From: a virus
IMG/VR virus record: IMGVR_UViG_3300042474_001633
Span: 64,001-128,000 of that record
Length of the DNA: 64,000 nucleotides
Reading direction: 5' to 3' (one strand)
Part shown: piece by piece, positions 10,778 through 20,217 of the stretch
Position numbering within the stretch: the first letter of the stretch is position 1
Layout of the letters: each line of letters opens with the position of its first letter
Notes under the pieces: model-generated
The model's database searches: none
The model's input: only the letters and a program-made list of their open reading frames with translations
What the model was told of the DNA's origin: nothing
Position numbers and translations under genes: made by a program

Positions 10778-11422
10778 ATGAGTCTGGTCAACAAAATTAT
10801 GAATGGCGATGTCCAAATTGCCGTCGACACAAAAGCAGCAGGACCTGCTGGCGCCATAATACCTCAAGAAAATATTACCGGTGATGTACTCAGGGGGTAT
10901 GGACCGCGCAGGGGCAATCTTGAGCGCCTCCTTCGTTACTGGAGACCAATTATGCGCAAGCCTGGCGGGTTCAGGAGATGCCGAGTAATTCTTGCCGACC
11001 ACCCAGAGCTTTACCCACTTGAAAGAATATGCGCCTGGTTGCATCACGAAACAACTGGTCTGTGGCCAAATGAAGGGTGCCACCACCCAGGAATGAAAAA
11101 CTGTCGCAAGAAGATGCGCGGGGTTGTTCGTGGCTCACTCTACTCTGACCAGGAATTCAACAATAGAATGCGCAAACTGACATCGCGCAGTGGCAGGAAG
11201 GCTGTAGAATTTACGGGTATACGCTCGGTTGATGAGCCCTTTTCCCCAGTCATCACGCAGGATGATTGGACCCATGCAGTGAAAGTATTACAAGATTTCA
11301 TAGACATGGAACCGGACTTCGTTAAGTACGTGGAAGACGAAAAAAACTGGGAACACGTCGATGGGTATGTTATCGATAAAAACGAATTGGAGTCGCTAGA
11401 TGCGAACAATATTGAGTTCTGA
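10778..11422 (+). CDS. phage head-associated protein (L..YW..PGGF.RC..CAWLH..G.WP module)
   Basis: AAGGAG RBS before ATG at 10778; the motif type is recalled from actinophage head proteins. Confidence 0.65.
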   Translation: MSLVNKIMNGDVQIAVDTKAAGPAGAIIPQENITGDVLRGYGPRRGNLERLLRYWRPIMRKPGGFRRCRVILADHPELYPLERICAWLHHETTGLWPNEGCHHPGMKNCRKKMRGVVRGSLYSDQEFNNRMRKLTSRSGRKAVEFTGIRSVDEPFSPVITQDDWTHAVKVLQDFIDMEPDFVKYVEDEKNWEHVDGYVIDKNELESLDANNIEF

Positions 11423-13451
11423 TTGCTGCCCGTCCCAGGAGATTGTAAAAGTTAGACATATTTCTCCGTCTTTCGCACTATCTAGAACTAACCTTTTTAC
11501 AGCGCCAATTTATTCTGTCAACGAAAGAAAATCAATTATTGATTTCAAATGCGCAATGCAGCGCAGAGGCGTAAAAAGTGCTTACGAAATAAAAGTCGGA
11601 GCGACTGGCTCGGACAGCAGAATTCTTCAATCTCTCCAGGGACTTGGTTCTGCCGTTACTCCGGGAAACTTTTCCAACGTGCGAAGTCCTGTTAGGTCAC
11701 GAATTTACTCAGCTCTCACCCCGGGTGGTGGTCGAGGAGTTCCTGGTGGATTTGGCGCACTCAAGCCAGAGCGTGGATATAGATGTCCAGAAGGGTATCA
11801 ATTCGGTGGAAGATTTACTGACTCACGTTTTTCTACATGTGGAAAACAACTATTCGACCTTCCTGGAATCATAGGCGCAACAATCGCCTCTGTTTTGCGT
11901 GGCTCTCGTCGTAGCCCATCCTTCCAGGATGTCGGTGGCACACGTGTTAAGCCAGTGTCTGTGGCTGGTGACGTAATCCAGTCGCGCGCGCCACAAATTC
12001 CAAAAGTTACTGGTGCTAACAGACAGCGCAGAAATCGCTCCGTCGATGACATAGTCGGACAGATGTCGCAGGTAAATGAAGCCTACATGAGAATGGTGCG
12101 GCGCGACGGCTTCATCTTGGAGCCGGTAGTTTCTCCTGCAGTTCTTAGGACAATCCCCGACAACAGAGATATGGAAGGCGCAACATTCCTGATGAATGCT
12201 TTGACGTCGGATTCAATTGGTGGAGAAGAACTTGGAATGCTTTCGAATACCGGCATTGAAAAACTATCCTATGTCCTATCTGGAGGTTCAACTGTTTCCA
12301 TCGGGAAAGCTCGCCCGCTAACAGTTGGAGAACGACGCAAGCTTGGTAGAACTGTGGCCACGGCGGAGAAGCTGCGTGCCAATGATGACCCGGTTCAAAA
12401 ATTAAAATTCATCGCAGAGGAAATGGGCGATGGAATATCTTATGAAGAAGAGTTTAAAGGAATAAAAAACCCGAATGAAATCATTAAAGTCAACCTCCCA
12501 GCAGGTGCTGGCAAGCGAACAATGCGCAGGTGGCATTATGAGACTTTCTATCGAAAGAAAAAGAAGTCAAAGCAGTCCGCTCGCTCCACAGAGCTAGAAG
12601 CAATTCCCGAAGACGATAAAATCAAAGACCTTGCTTCTGCGGTCCGTCACCTTAATAATGGTGGTTCGATTGAGAATATTTCATCGAATGTTCGGTCGGA
12701 GGCTGTCAGTCGTAGCGCAATGTACAAGACTGGAAAAATACGAAACGGTGTATTGATTCACGAGCGTGCCGATGGACAAACGGTGTTTGAAATAACACCT
12801 GATGAGAACTTTGAACATCTGGGTGCCGCACTGGCATCAGAACTACAGCGCTCAATGGGTCTTATTGCGCCAAAGGTTCGTTTGGCTGGTGCTGGAAAAA
12901 AGCGCAACTATATGCTTGGAGAAGCTCAGGATGCAGAAATGTTTGGCGTTCAAGATAGGACAATGGACATTGCTGACCTCCCCTCGGAGGACGTTGTCGG
13001 AATTCTAATGTCCGACTATCTCACCGATACCAGGGATAGAAACCCTTCCACGATTGCGCCAATACGCGTCGGTGGCAGAATGCGTGCAGTTGCTTCTTTG
13101 AATGGAAGTGCTGGTCTCTCGGGTATGACCTCGACGGAAATACGCGGAAGACGACAAATGCAAGTAAACGATTTCTTCAAGAAAAAGCAGCAGAGAATAT
13201 ACGCTGAATATTTTGAAAAACTTCAGGCCCAGCAGCGCAAGAGGGCGTTAATGCTATTTGATAAGCTGCTCGAACAAGCAGGAGAATTTGATTTTAAGCG
13301 ATTTAGACAAATGCTCTCAATAGATGGACAGCTTTCTGAAGCAGAATTACTACATCTTGGGATTGTCGAAAAAATATTTGAACAGCGTGTCAACATACTT
13401 AAATCATCATCTGGAAATTTCAAGAAACTGATTGGCTTATCGATTAGATGA
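11400..13451 (+). CDS. 683-aa protein with RCP..FT..C leader motif and C-terminal degenerate HipA/PI3-4-kinase-like domain
   Basis: MGLIAPKV and DYLTDTRDRNPSTI resemble the D.L..N.DRH..N catalytic loop. Confidence 0.65.
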   Translation: MRTILSSDCCPSQEIVKVRHISPSFALSRTNLFTAPIYSVNERKSIIDFKCAMQRRGVKSAYEIKVGATGSDSRILQSLQGLGSAVTPGNFSNVRSPVRSRIYSALTPGGGRGVPGGFGALKPERGYRCPEGYQFGGRFTDSRFSTCGKQLFDLPGIIGATIASVLRGSRRSPSFQDVGGTRVKPVSVAGDVIQSRAPQIPKVTGANRQRRNRSVDDIVGQMSQVNEAYMRMVRRDGFILEPVVSPAVLRTIPDNRDMEGATFLMNALTSDSIGGEELGMLSNTGIEKLSYVLSGGSTVSIGKARPLTVGERRKLGRTVATAEKLRANDDPVQKLKFIAEEMGDGISYEEEFKGIKNPNEIIKVNLPAGAGKRTMRRWHYETFYRKKKKSKQSARSTELEAIPEDDKIKDLASAVRHLNNGGSIENISSNVRSEAVSRSAMYKTGKIRNGVLIHERADGQTVFEITPDENFEHLGAALASELQRSMGLIAPKVRLAGAGKKRNYMLGEAQDAEMFGVQDRTMDIADLPSEDVVGILMSDYLTDTRDRNPSTIAPIRVGGRMRAVASLNGSAGLSGMTSTEIRGRRQMQVNDFFKKKQQRIYAEYFEKLQAQQRKRALMLFDKLLEQAGEFDFKRFRQMLSIDGQLSEAELLHLGIVEKIFEQRVNILKSSSGNFKKLIGLSIR

Positions 13452-16400
13452 AAAAAGCAACGGTAATTAGAGACAAGCTCTCTGGTCAGCCTTTTGCAAT
13501 ACTTCTTCCATCCGATGGAAAGAAACCAGTTGCATTCGGCTCATCAGGCCAAGGGAGACTATGGGCCGACTGGGCGATGTCGTCCAGTAGCGGAGCGCTC
13601 GACAATCTCGATGTGTCTCTTACCGTCGAGAAAGATGTTGAACTAACCGATGAATTTATAACCTCACTCGAGAGCACTTTTGAAATTGCCGACTTAAACG
13701 AACTTAAATTCACCATCTCCAAAAAGGCGTTGCTGGTCATCGAAAAAGTAAAATCCCTTGCCGGAGAGGAGCCTGCAAAATATGAGCAGATGAACGAGGA
13801 TAACGAGGAGGAACTCGTAGACAGATGGCCAGTAGTGGATGCTGCGATTGCGACCATCGATGTTGCCTATAAACAAAATGCTCTTGACTACAAGGCAAAG
13901 GCTTTCAACCTTGATTCAAAACGCAGCTCAATGCTGCTGCAAGTCAAGGGCGTAAGAGCCATGTGGGACCCAAACATGCCTGGCGGGGGTGGATGGAGAT
14001 GCCCTGACGAAACGGTAAATGGTGGCCAGTTCACCAACAGACTTGGTCGTGGGTGCACATTTGGGGCAATACGCAGAATAGGCAGGGCATTGATGACTGC
14101 CTCCCTGAAGGACATTGCAAAGGGTTTTGATGATGATGAGGTGGCCTTTCCGAGCGTCTACAGGGCTGGAAAGAAACTAGACGAGGTTGGAGAAAAACTC
14201 AAAGAAAGAACAGGGAAAAAATACAGCCGCAGAGCGATGAGGAGGGCTGACCAGCTCAAAAAAGAACAAGCTCGTCAGATGCTAAAAGAATCTCGCCCAA
14301 CGTTTAGACAAAGATATGAATCGCTTGGGCCAACAGTAAGTAGACGCAACAGGGTTCTAATAGCCGCCTCTCAAACCGCCAGAGACGTTGCCGATGACCA
14401 GGCAACCAGAGGTTTTGTTTCTGAAGCCAGGAGACGCACTCGCAGACAAGGCATCCCCACAAGAAAAACACCAACAAATGATACTGAAACCTTCTCAAAT
14501 GACGACACCATAACTGGCGCCATGAGCCCAGAGCGAAGGGCTCAGATTGCGGAAAAACTGAGAACAACAGCACAAGACATTTACGAAGGTCGACGTTTTG
14601 CAAGACGACAAAAAAAATCGGAACGAAAACAGACAAAAAACTCACCACAACTCAATGAAAACGAACTAGAGCGCAGCAACAGGATTGCTACAAAGCAAAT
14701 TGATTCAATACTTGGCGTACTCAAGCAAAGAGACTCGGGTAGAGAGTATCTTGCCGGAGTTGTGAATTCAGCGGTGAGCAATTTGAATAATTGGGCTAAA
14801 GAAAAAACTGATGGATTAGGGTTTCCTAACAGGGTTTATACAGAAGCCGACTTCGACGATAACGATGTACAGATAATCGAACGGGCTCTGCGTGAGCTAA
14901 AAGAAAACCCAGACAAGCCATTTGCGGACCAACAGTGGGGTAGATTTGCGCAATTATTCAAGCTTTGGGGAACGCACAACTGGGCGGTAAATCGCTCTAT
15001 GCCACTGCAAAATAACGACGGAAATGTAATTTCAGATTATATTCCAAGATTAAAAAAACCTTTTGGGCAAACAGATGTGTTTCCGGAGCTATGGGTAGAT
15101 GGTCGTTCGGTCAATGAGTTTGGATTGCGCACGCCTGAGGAGTTGACCGAATTAAATAACGCCCACACTACTCTTGGTTTTCTCGACATTGACACAAAAA
15201 TTCCAGACAAAGACCAGACACTCTCCATGCTCGGCGGATTTTACTCTGACGAAGAAGGTGATGTTTTCGGTGGCTACTACAAGGAGTTTATCGCCGATGA
15301 ATCAAAATTTTCGGTTTCGGCGAGAGAAGTTTTGGCAAATGGGCTAAAGCGCAATCATGAAATAGACTTGCGTAAGTTTTTACATAATAAATTTTATGGC
15401 TCAACCGCGTGGAACTCTCCAAAGAAAACCACAAACAGGGAAACTGAGATAACGCCATCACAGTCCATTGTTGAGCGTTTCATGCGTGGACTAAGTCCTT
15501 CGCGTGACAAAGAACAACGAACTCTTGAAAGAGAACTCAGAGGAAAGACGCCTCGCAGTACAACCGAATTGCGCGAAAGAATTGCTCGACGACAGAGACG
15601 GCGAGCAAAGGAGCAAGCTGGTGAGCTGGTCACGTTTGAGGATTATGCAGACTACGAGCAGCTCAAAATAAACAGACCAGAACTTGTTGGCGGAAAGCGA
15701 AAGCTTAATGAATTTACAGAACCAACACCTCCGAATAAAACCAGAATGCGTGCGCGCGAACGCTGGAGGACCAAACCATCCGAAGAGGGTCGCCCAAAGG
15801 TCGACATCATCCTGCGAGACATGGAGCCACACCTATCCTCAAGCGGAGATGTAAATGAAAACACCATCAAAGGTCTTGATGACCTAGATAGATTTTTTCA
15901 AGCGGAAGTAAATCATGCCGCAATCGCCAGACTGCGAGAGTCCGCCCTGACTCCATACGACACAGAAAATCAGGATGAACTCAAAAAGATTTACGGAGAC
16001 TGGCTGCGCTCATTCAACGACTCAGATGCGGACCCGCAGCCGGGTTCCCCATCAAACATGGGACTCACTGAGCAGACATCGATATCGTGGGTTGTTCCCG
16101 GTGAACCAGGGTTTCTCACCAGGAATCTGGATGAAGCATGGGAATTTGCAACTTCAAAATCAGAAGAAGATAGCAATTTCGACCCACGCACGCTAGACGC
16201 GGTAGGGGACAGAATTGTTCTCCGAGCAAATCAATTCAACGGACGTCCTGTGGTTTACGTAGAAGATACGGAGGCGCAGGTTGCTCACCTTATGACTCCG
16301 GATGGAAGACACCTGATGTCGATTGTGACATCGCGGGACGACTCAGACGAGCCAGGAAAAGTTAGATTTATCAGCGGCTCCGCGGCCTTGGAGCAAATCG

Positions 16401-19400
16401 CAAGAACAAAAATGCGTCCAACAGTTTCGGAACGAATCGCAAAACTAACAGGAAGACAGAGACGCAGAACCGCTTCGTTAAGCAAACCAGCAGAACAAGC
16501 AAAAACGAAAAAGAGACTAAATATTGGTTTCGCCAATGGAGAGCCAGTCGGTTTATTTTTTGGCAAAACAACTACCGGCCGCCGCCTAAACACGCTCTCC
16601 CCATTGGCGATGACCGAATCCGAGATGGCGGAAATAACCAAGTCAATCGAGGAGAATCTAGACATTCTCGAAAACAACCTACGTAGAAGACTTGGCTACC
16701 CAGATTTGAATCAGCCAATTTCAACAGTCGATGCCGCAGCGAGAATTGAAGAAGTACGTAAAACTTCTGGAAGATTTGCAGGAATTCTAGAAACAGACCT
16801 ACACAACATGATTGCGCTTTCCAGGGCTCAAGAATCAAACGATATTCTCTACATAAACGACCTAAAACCTGCATTGCGTAACAAAATTTTAGAAAACGTT
16901 TCTTCTAGCTATTTGGAAATTGGCTTGTCGTCCGGGAACAAGAGATATGACGTTGTTCCGCACAAGGGTAGGCCGGCAGCAGCCAAAAAAGTAATAAAAC
17001 TGCCGCAGCGGGCTCCGCTCATGGTTTCAGAATCATCCCTTGCTCCGGACCCGTCGACCGTGGGAACTGGTCCTGACTTAACTCCAGGAGTTGGAAATGC
17101 CCAGCTAGGCATTGAATACGAGGCGAGCACTGGTCTCTACAAGGATTCCGTCAGTCTCGAATACATAGAAGACTACTCAAACCTCCCAATTGAGCAAACG
17201 GCAATCTACGACCCGGTTCTTCCTGATGAGACAAAAACGTACCCACGAGTTTCGATTACCCCAGCTGGGGTATTCCCAACCAGATTCGCAACATTGGCTC
17301 CAGAAGTGAATCCGGATGGCGATGCAATTAAACCTGGTGACGTTGCCACAAGAACATTCAAGGACGCAATCGAAGCTTACATATCATCTCGGGTGCTAAC
17401 TGGAAAAGCGAAGACGGACCCAACCGCAGCGGCAGTCGACAGAATACTTGGAAGAAATGTCGAAGCCGAGTCGCTTAGGGCAAACATACTTGCTCGAGTT
17501 GACGCGAGAGGATACAAGCCCACGAAGACGAACGGCGACCCTGTCTTTTCTGTGCCTCCGACACTTGGTCAACTCACGTTTGCTGAAATGCAGGCTCTTG
17601 CAAATAGCTCAATTGAATCAAATCCAGATTCAAGCATGACCGACTTGGGTCTAACATTTTCTTCAGTTAGCCCCAATGCAGAACTTGGTTCGATAGCTGG
17701 GAAGAGGGCATTTGAGGATGTTTTCAGAACTTCCTTCATTGATGGTTTAGGTCTAGATATGGATTTGGAACCATCACTCTTTTATATCCCTTCTGAGTCC
17801 GTAAAAGGCAACGACATAAACGAGATGCTTGTCGACATAAACAGAGCATTGCAGCTTCAAAATGCCGCCGACCTGCTGCGTGCTTCCCTCTCTAGTTCAT
17901 TCTCGGATGCCAAGGCTGCCAAGCTACAACAACTACAAGACGAGGCAAATGACGCATGGCAGCAGGCATCAAAAACTTTATCTACGTCTTACAGGGATGC
18001 GGCAACAGCCCGGAACGATGCCCTCGCGATACTCAGCGATAACCCTAAGAATAAATCTGCCATGAGTATGTATTTACAGATGGGCGCAAGAGCAGAAGCA
18101 GCGAAGATGCTTCTTGATAAACACATAACATCAAATCAGGTGGCTTTGGACGCAATTACGGCGATGAGGCGTACCGAACTTGAAGGAATGGCAAAATCTA
18201 GAAATCAGCGTAAGCGCGCAATGCTCGACAGGGTGAAAGCAAGGGCAAATAAAGGAATTCCTCGCAATGAGGGAGCCTTTGACGCAACACCAGAACTCCT
18301 TGACCCATGGGGAACGGCGACTCCTCCGTTACAGCCTCGCTCCCTGGATGACATCCTCGCCGTGAGGGCTCAGCATCGAGCCGAGGGTCTGTATGACGAC
18401 CCAACTCAAGGTATCGCTCAGCTAGCAGAAGAACAAATTGATGCACTCGTTGCAATGGATGTCATACAAAAAAAAGCCGCAGATGCTATGCAGGGCAATG
18501 GGGATGGTAGCGACCCAAGCAAATTTACCGGCATGGAAAATACGCCTATGTACGGTGCGGATTTCGACTACACACAGAGAGCCGACGTGCAGGTTGCTCA
18601 CTTTTGGTATTACAACGGTTCTAGCAGCTTGCCGGTGCTGGTCAATCAAGAAGAATTAGACGAAATTTTAACCTCTGTGGATTCTTCGGGTAATAGGCGC
18701 GCACTCGTGATAACGCGCGGCGTAAAGGCGTCAACCGGAACGACAGCGGAAAAAACGGCACAGGAAGAAGAGTGGGTAAACATGGCTCTCCGTGGAGACA
18801 GATTTGTCCCGGGAAGCGGCGGAAAGGCAGAGGGACACGGCGAGTATTGGACATTTAATCCTGGTGGTGGTTGGTCCTCGTATCATGGAGGACACGGCGG
18901 AACGATGATTGCCGTAATAACCGACCAATCGGAAATATTCCACAAAGACGTTTTTCATGCTTTGTTTTCTGGTAATTCAGGACAACTATACGAAAATCTG
19001 TGGGGAATCTATAATGCAATTGGCGCTCCTGATTCGACTGGAGTCAATGCATCTCACGGACAGCAAGTAGCAAGATTGCTGGCGCCAAACAGTGTTCTCC
19101 CAGACGCGAATACCGGACAATTCACCGCAACTCAACTTGCACAACTTGAAGACGTAGTTCAACAACTAACCGCTATCGGCCCAGACCTCACCGTAAGAAA
19201 GTCAAGTAGGTCAAGATTGAAAGCACTTGATATATCGGATGAATGGGGAGCATTCACCCTGGAGGGACTATACAGAGACAGCCCATTGGGCACTCGCCCT
19301 CCACATTCAAGCATGTCACAATCTGCATGGGAAGATATGTTTAGGGACGTTAGATTAACACCCGACACACCGGAGAATATCCGAATAATCGAAGAGACAA

Positions 19401-19837
19401 AAGCATTGCGTCAAAAAGTGAATGCTTGGTACGCTCAACATCTCAGCTGGTTCGTGCAGCTCGCGCAGATGCGCCGAGATGAATCACAACCTGGGCAAGC
19501 AGGCACAGATGCAAAAGAGTACAATACAAGACTCAATTCAGCCATGCGAAGCATTCTGTATTTAGGGGCAGAATCTCGCGCATCAATGTTGGGGGTTGAC
19601 GCATTGATTCCCGATGTGGCTCAAACGGTGCTTCCATCGGAATTATTTCAAGCTATCAGCAGGCCTGACAATCCGGCCGGGGACAGGGTGCTGATGATGA
19701 ATCGCTCAGGTATGATTATGCTGAGGACAGGAATAAAGCACTATACCGATATCGTAAGTCACCTGAGGAATCTGCAGGTCCCAAAACCAAACGGAACCGC
19801 ATACTCACCTATAAACGATAGAAACTGGGGACGTTAA
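13448..19837 (+). CDS. 2129-aa head-associated protein with possible C-terminal ART-like domain
   Basis: ATGA overlap; RCP..GGQFT..C motif; LPVLVNQEELD..ITRGV..GHGEYW near the C-terminus. Confidence 0.7.
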   Translation: MKKATVIRDKLSGQPFAILLPSDGKKPVAFGSSGQGRLWADWAMSSSSGALDNLDVSLTVEKDVELTDEFITSLESTFEIADLNELKFTISKKALLVIEKVKSLAGEEPAKYEQMNEDNEEELVDRWPVVDAAIATIDVAYKQNALDYKAKAFNLDSKRSSMLLQVKGVRAMWDPNMPGGGGWRCPDETVNGGQFTNRLGRGCTFGAIRRIGRALMTASLKDIAKGFDDDEVAFPSVYRAGKKLDEVGEKLKERTGKKYSRRAMRRADQLKKEQARQMLKESRPTFRQRYESLGPTVSRRNRVLIAASQTARDVADDQATRGFVSEARRRTRRQGIPTRKTPTNDTETFSNDDTITGAMSPERRAQIAEKLRTTAQDIYEGRRFARRQKKSERKQTKNSPQLNENELERSNRIATKQIDSILGVLKQRDSGREYLAGVVNSAVSNLNNWAKEKTDGLGFPNRVYTEADFDDNDVQIIERALRELKENPDKPFADQQWGRFAQLFKLWGTHNWAVNRSMPLQNNDGNVISDYIPRLKKPFGQTDVFPELWVDGRSVNEFGLRTPEELTELNNAHTTLGFLDIDTKIPDKDQTLSMLGGFYSDEEGDVFGGYYKEFIADESKFSVSAREVLANGLKRNHEIDLRKFLHNKFYGSTAWNSPKKTTNRETEITPSQSIVERFMRGLSPSRDKEQRTLERELRGKTPRSTTELRERIARRQRRRAKEQAGELVTFEDYADYEQLKINRPELVGGKRKLNEFTEPTPPNKTRMRARERWRTKPSEEGRPKVDIILRDMEPHLSSSGDVNENTIKGLDDLDRFFQAEVNHAAIARLRESALTPYDTENQDELKKIYGDWLRSFNDSDADPQPGSPSNMGLTEQTSISWVVPGEPGFLTRNLDEAWEFATSKSEEDSNFDPRTLDAVGDRIVLRANQFNGRPVVYVEDTEAQVAHLMTPDGRHLMSIVTSRDDSDEPGKVRFISGSAALEQIARTKMRPTVSERIAKLTGRQRRRTASLSKPAEQAKTKKRLNIGFANGEPVGLFFGKTTTGRRLNTLSPLAMTESEMAEITKSIEENLDILENNLRRRLGYPDLNQPISTVDAAARIEEVRKTSGRFAGILETDLHNMIALSRAQESNDILYINDLKPALRNKILENVSSSYLEIGLSSGNKRYDVVPHKGRPAAAKKVIKLPQRAPLMVSESSLAPDPSTVGTGPDLTPGVGNAQLGIEYEASTGLYKDSVSLEYIEDYSNLPIEQTAIYDPVLPDETKTYPRVSITPAGVFPTRFATLAPEVNPDGDAIKPGDVATRTFKDAIEAYISSRVLTGKAKTDPTAAAVDRILGRNVEAESLRANILARVDARGYKPTKTNGDPVFSVPPTLGQLTFAEMQALANSSIESNPDSSMTDLGLTFSSVSPNAELGSIAGKRAFEDVFRTSFIDGLGLDMDLEPSLFYIPSESVKGNDINEMLVDINRALQLQNAADLLRASLSSSFSDAKAAKLQQLQDEANDAWQQASKTLSTSYRDAATARNDALAILSDNPKNKSAMSMYLQMGARAEAAKMLLDKHITSNQVALDAITAMRRTELEGMAKSRNQRKRAMLDRVKARANKGIPRNEGAFDATPELLDPWGTATPPLQPRSLDDILAVRAQHRAEGLYDDPTQGIAQLAEEQIDALVAMDVIQKKAADAMQGNGDGSDPSKFTGMENTPMYGADFDYTQRADVQVAHFWYYNGSSSLPVLVNQEELDEILTSVDSSGNRRALVITRGVKASTGTTAEKTAQEEEWVNMALRGDRFVPGSGGKAEGHGEYWTFNPGGGWSSYHGGHGGTMIAVITDQSEIFHKDVFHALFSGNSGQLYENLWGIYNAIGAPDSTGVNASHGQQVARLLAPNSVLPDANTGQFTATQLAQLEDVVQQLTAIGPDLTVRKSSRSRLKALDISDEWGAFTLEGLYRDSPLGTRPPHSSMSQSAWEDMFRDVRLTPDTPENIRIIEETKALRQKVNAWYAQHLSWFVQLAQMRRDESQPGQAGTDAKEYNTRLNSAMRSILYLGAESRASMLGVDALIPDVAQTVLPSELFQAISRPDNPAGDRVLMMNRSGMIMLRTGIKHYTDIVSHLRNLQVPKPNGTAYSPINDRNWGR

Positions 19838-20217
19838 TGAGCAATGCAAACATCGACTCAGACGATGCGAGATATCAGTACAATCGCGGAAAATTTATAG
19901 ACAAATACTTTGACCTGTTCGAAAACTTGAATTTTCCACCTATGTTCATCGCAGGTCAAGACCTTGTCGCAGGTGAATATGAAATGGCTCTCAAGGAAGC
20001 GTACATTGATGGATTATCAGTACCCAGAATAGATTTCGTCACCGGTGATGCAAAACCATTTTCCGAATTTGAATCTAAATTCAAAAAAGAAATAGATGAA
20101 GCAAAGAAATTTAGAAGTGCAACAAACGACAACCACCGATTGGCCTTGGATTTGTATGCAAAAGAAAATGGTGAACTTCACGAGTCGGAGTACATGAAGC
20201 AACAAAAGAGACCGTAA
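19837..20217 (+). CDS. hypothetical protein
   Basis: TAATG translational coupling at both ends. Confidence 0.65.
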   Translation: MSNANIDSDDARYQYNRGKFIDKYFDLFENLNFPPMFIAGQDLVAGEYEMALKEAYIDGLSVPRIDFVTGDAKPFSEFESKFKKEIDEAKKFRSATNDNHRLALDLYAKENGELHESEYMKQQKRP

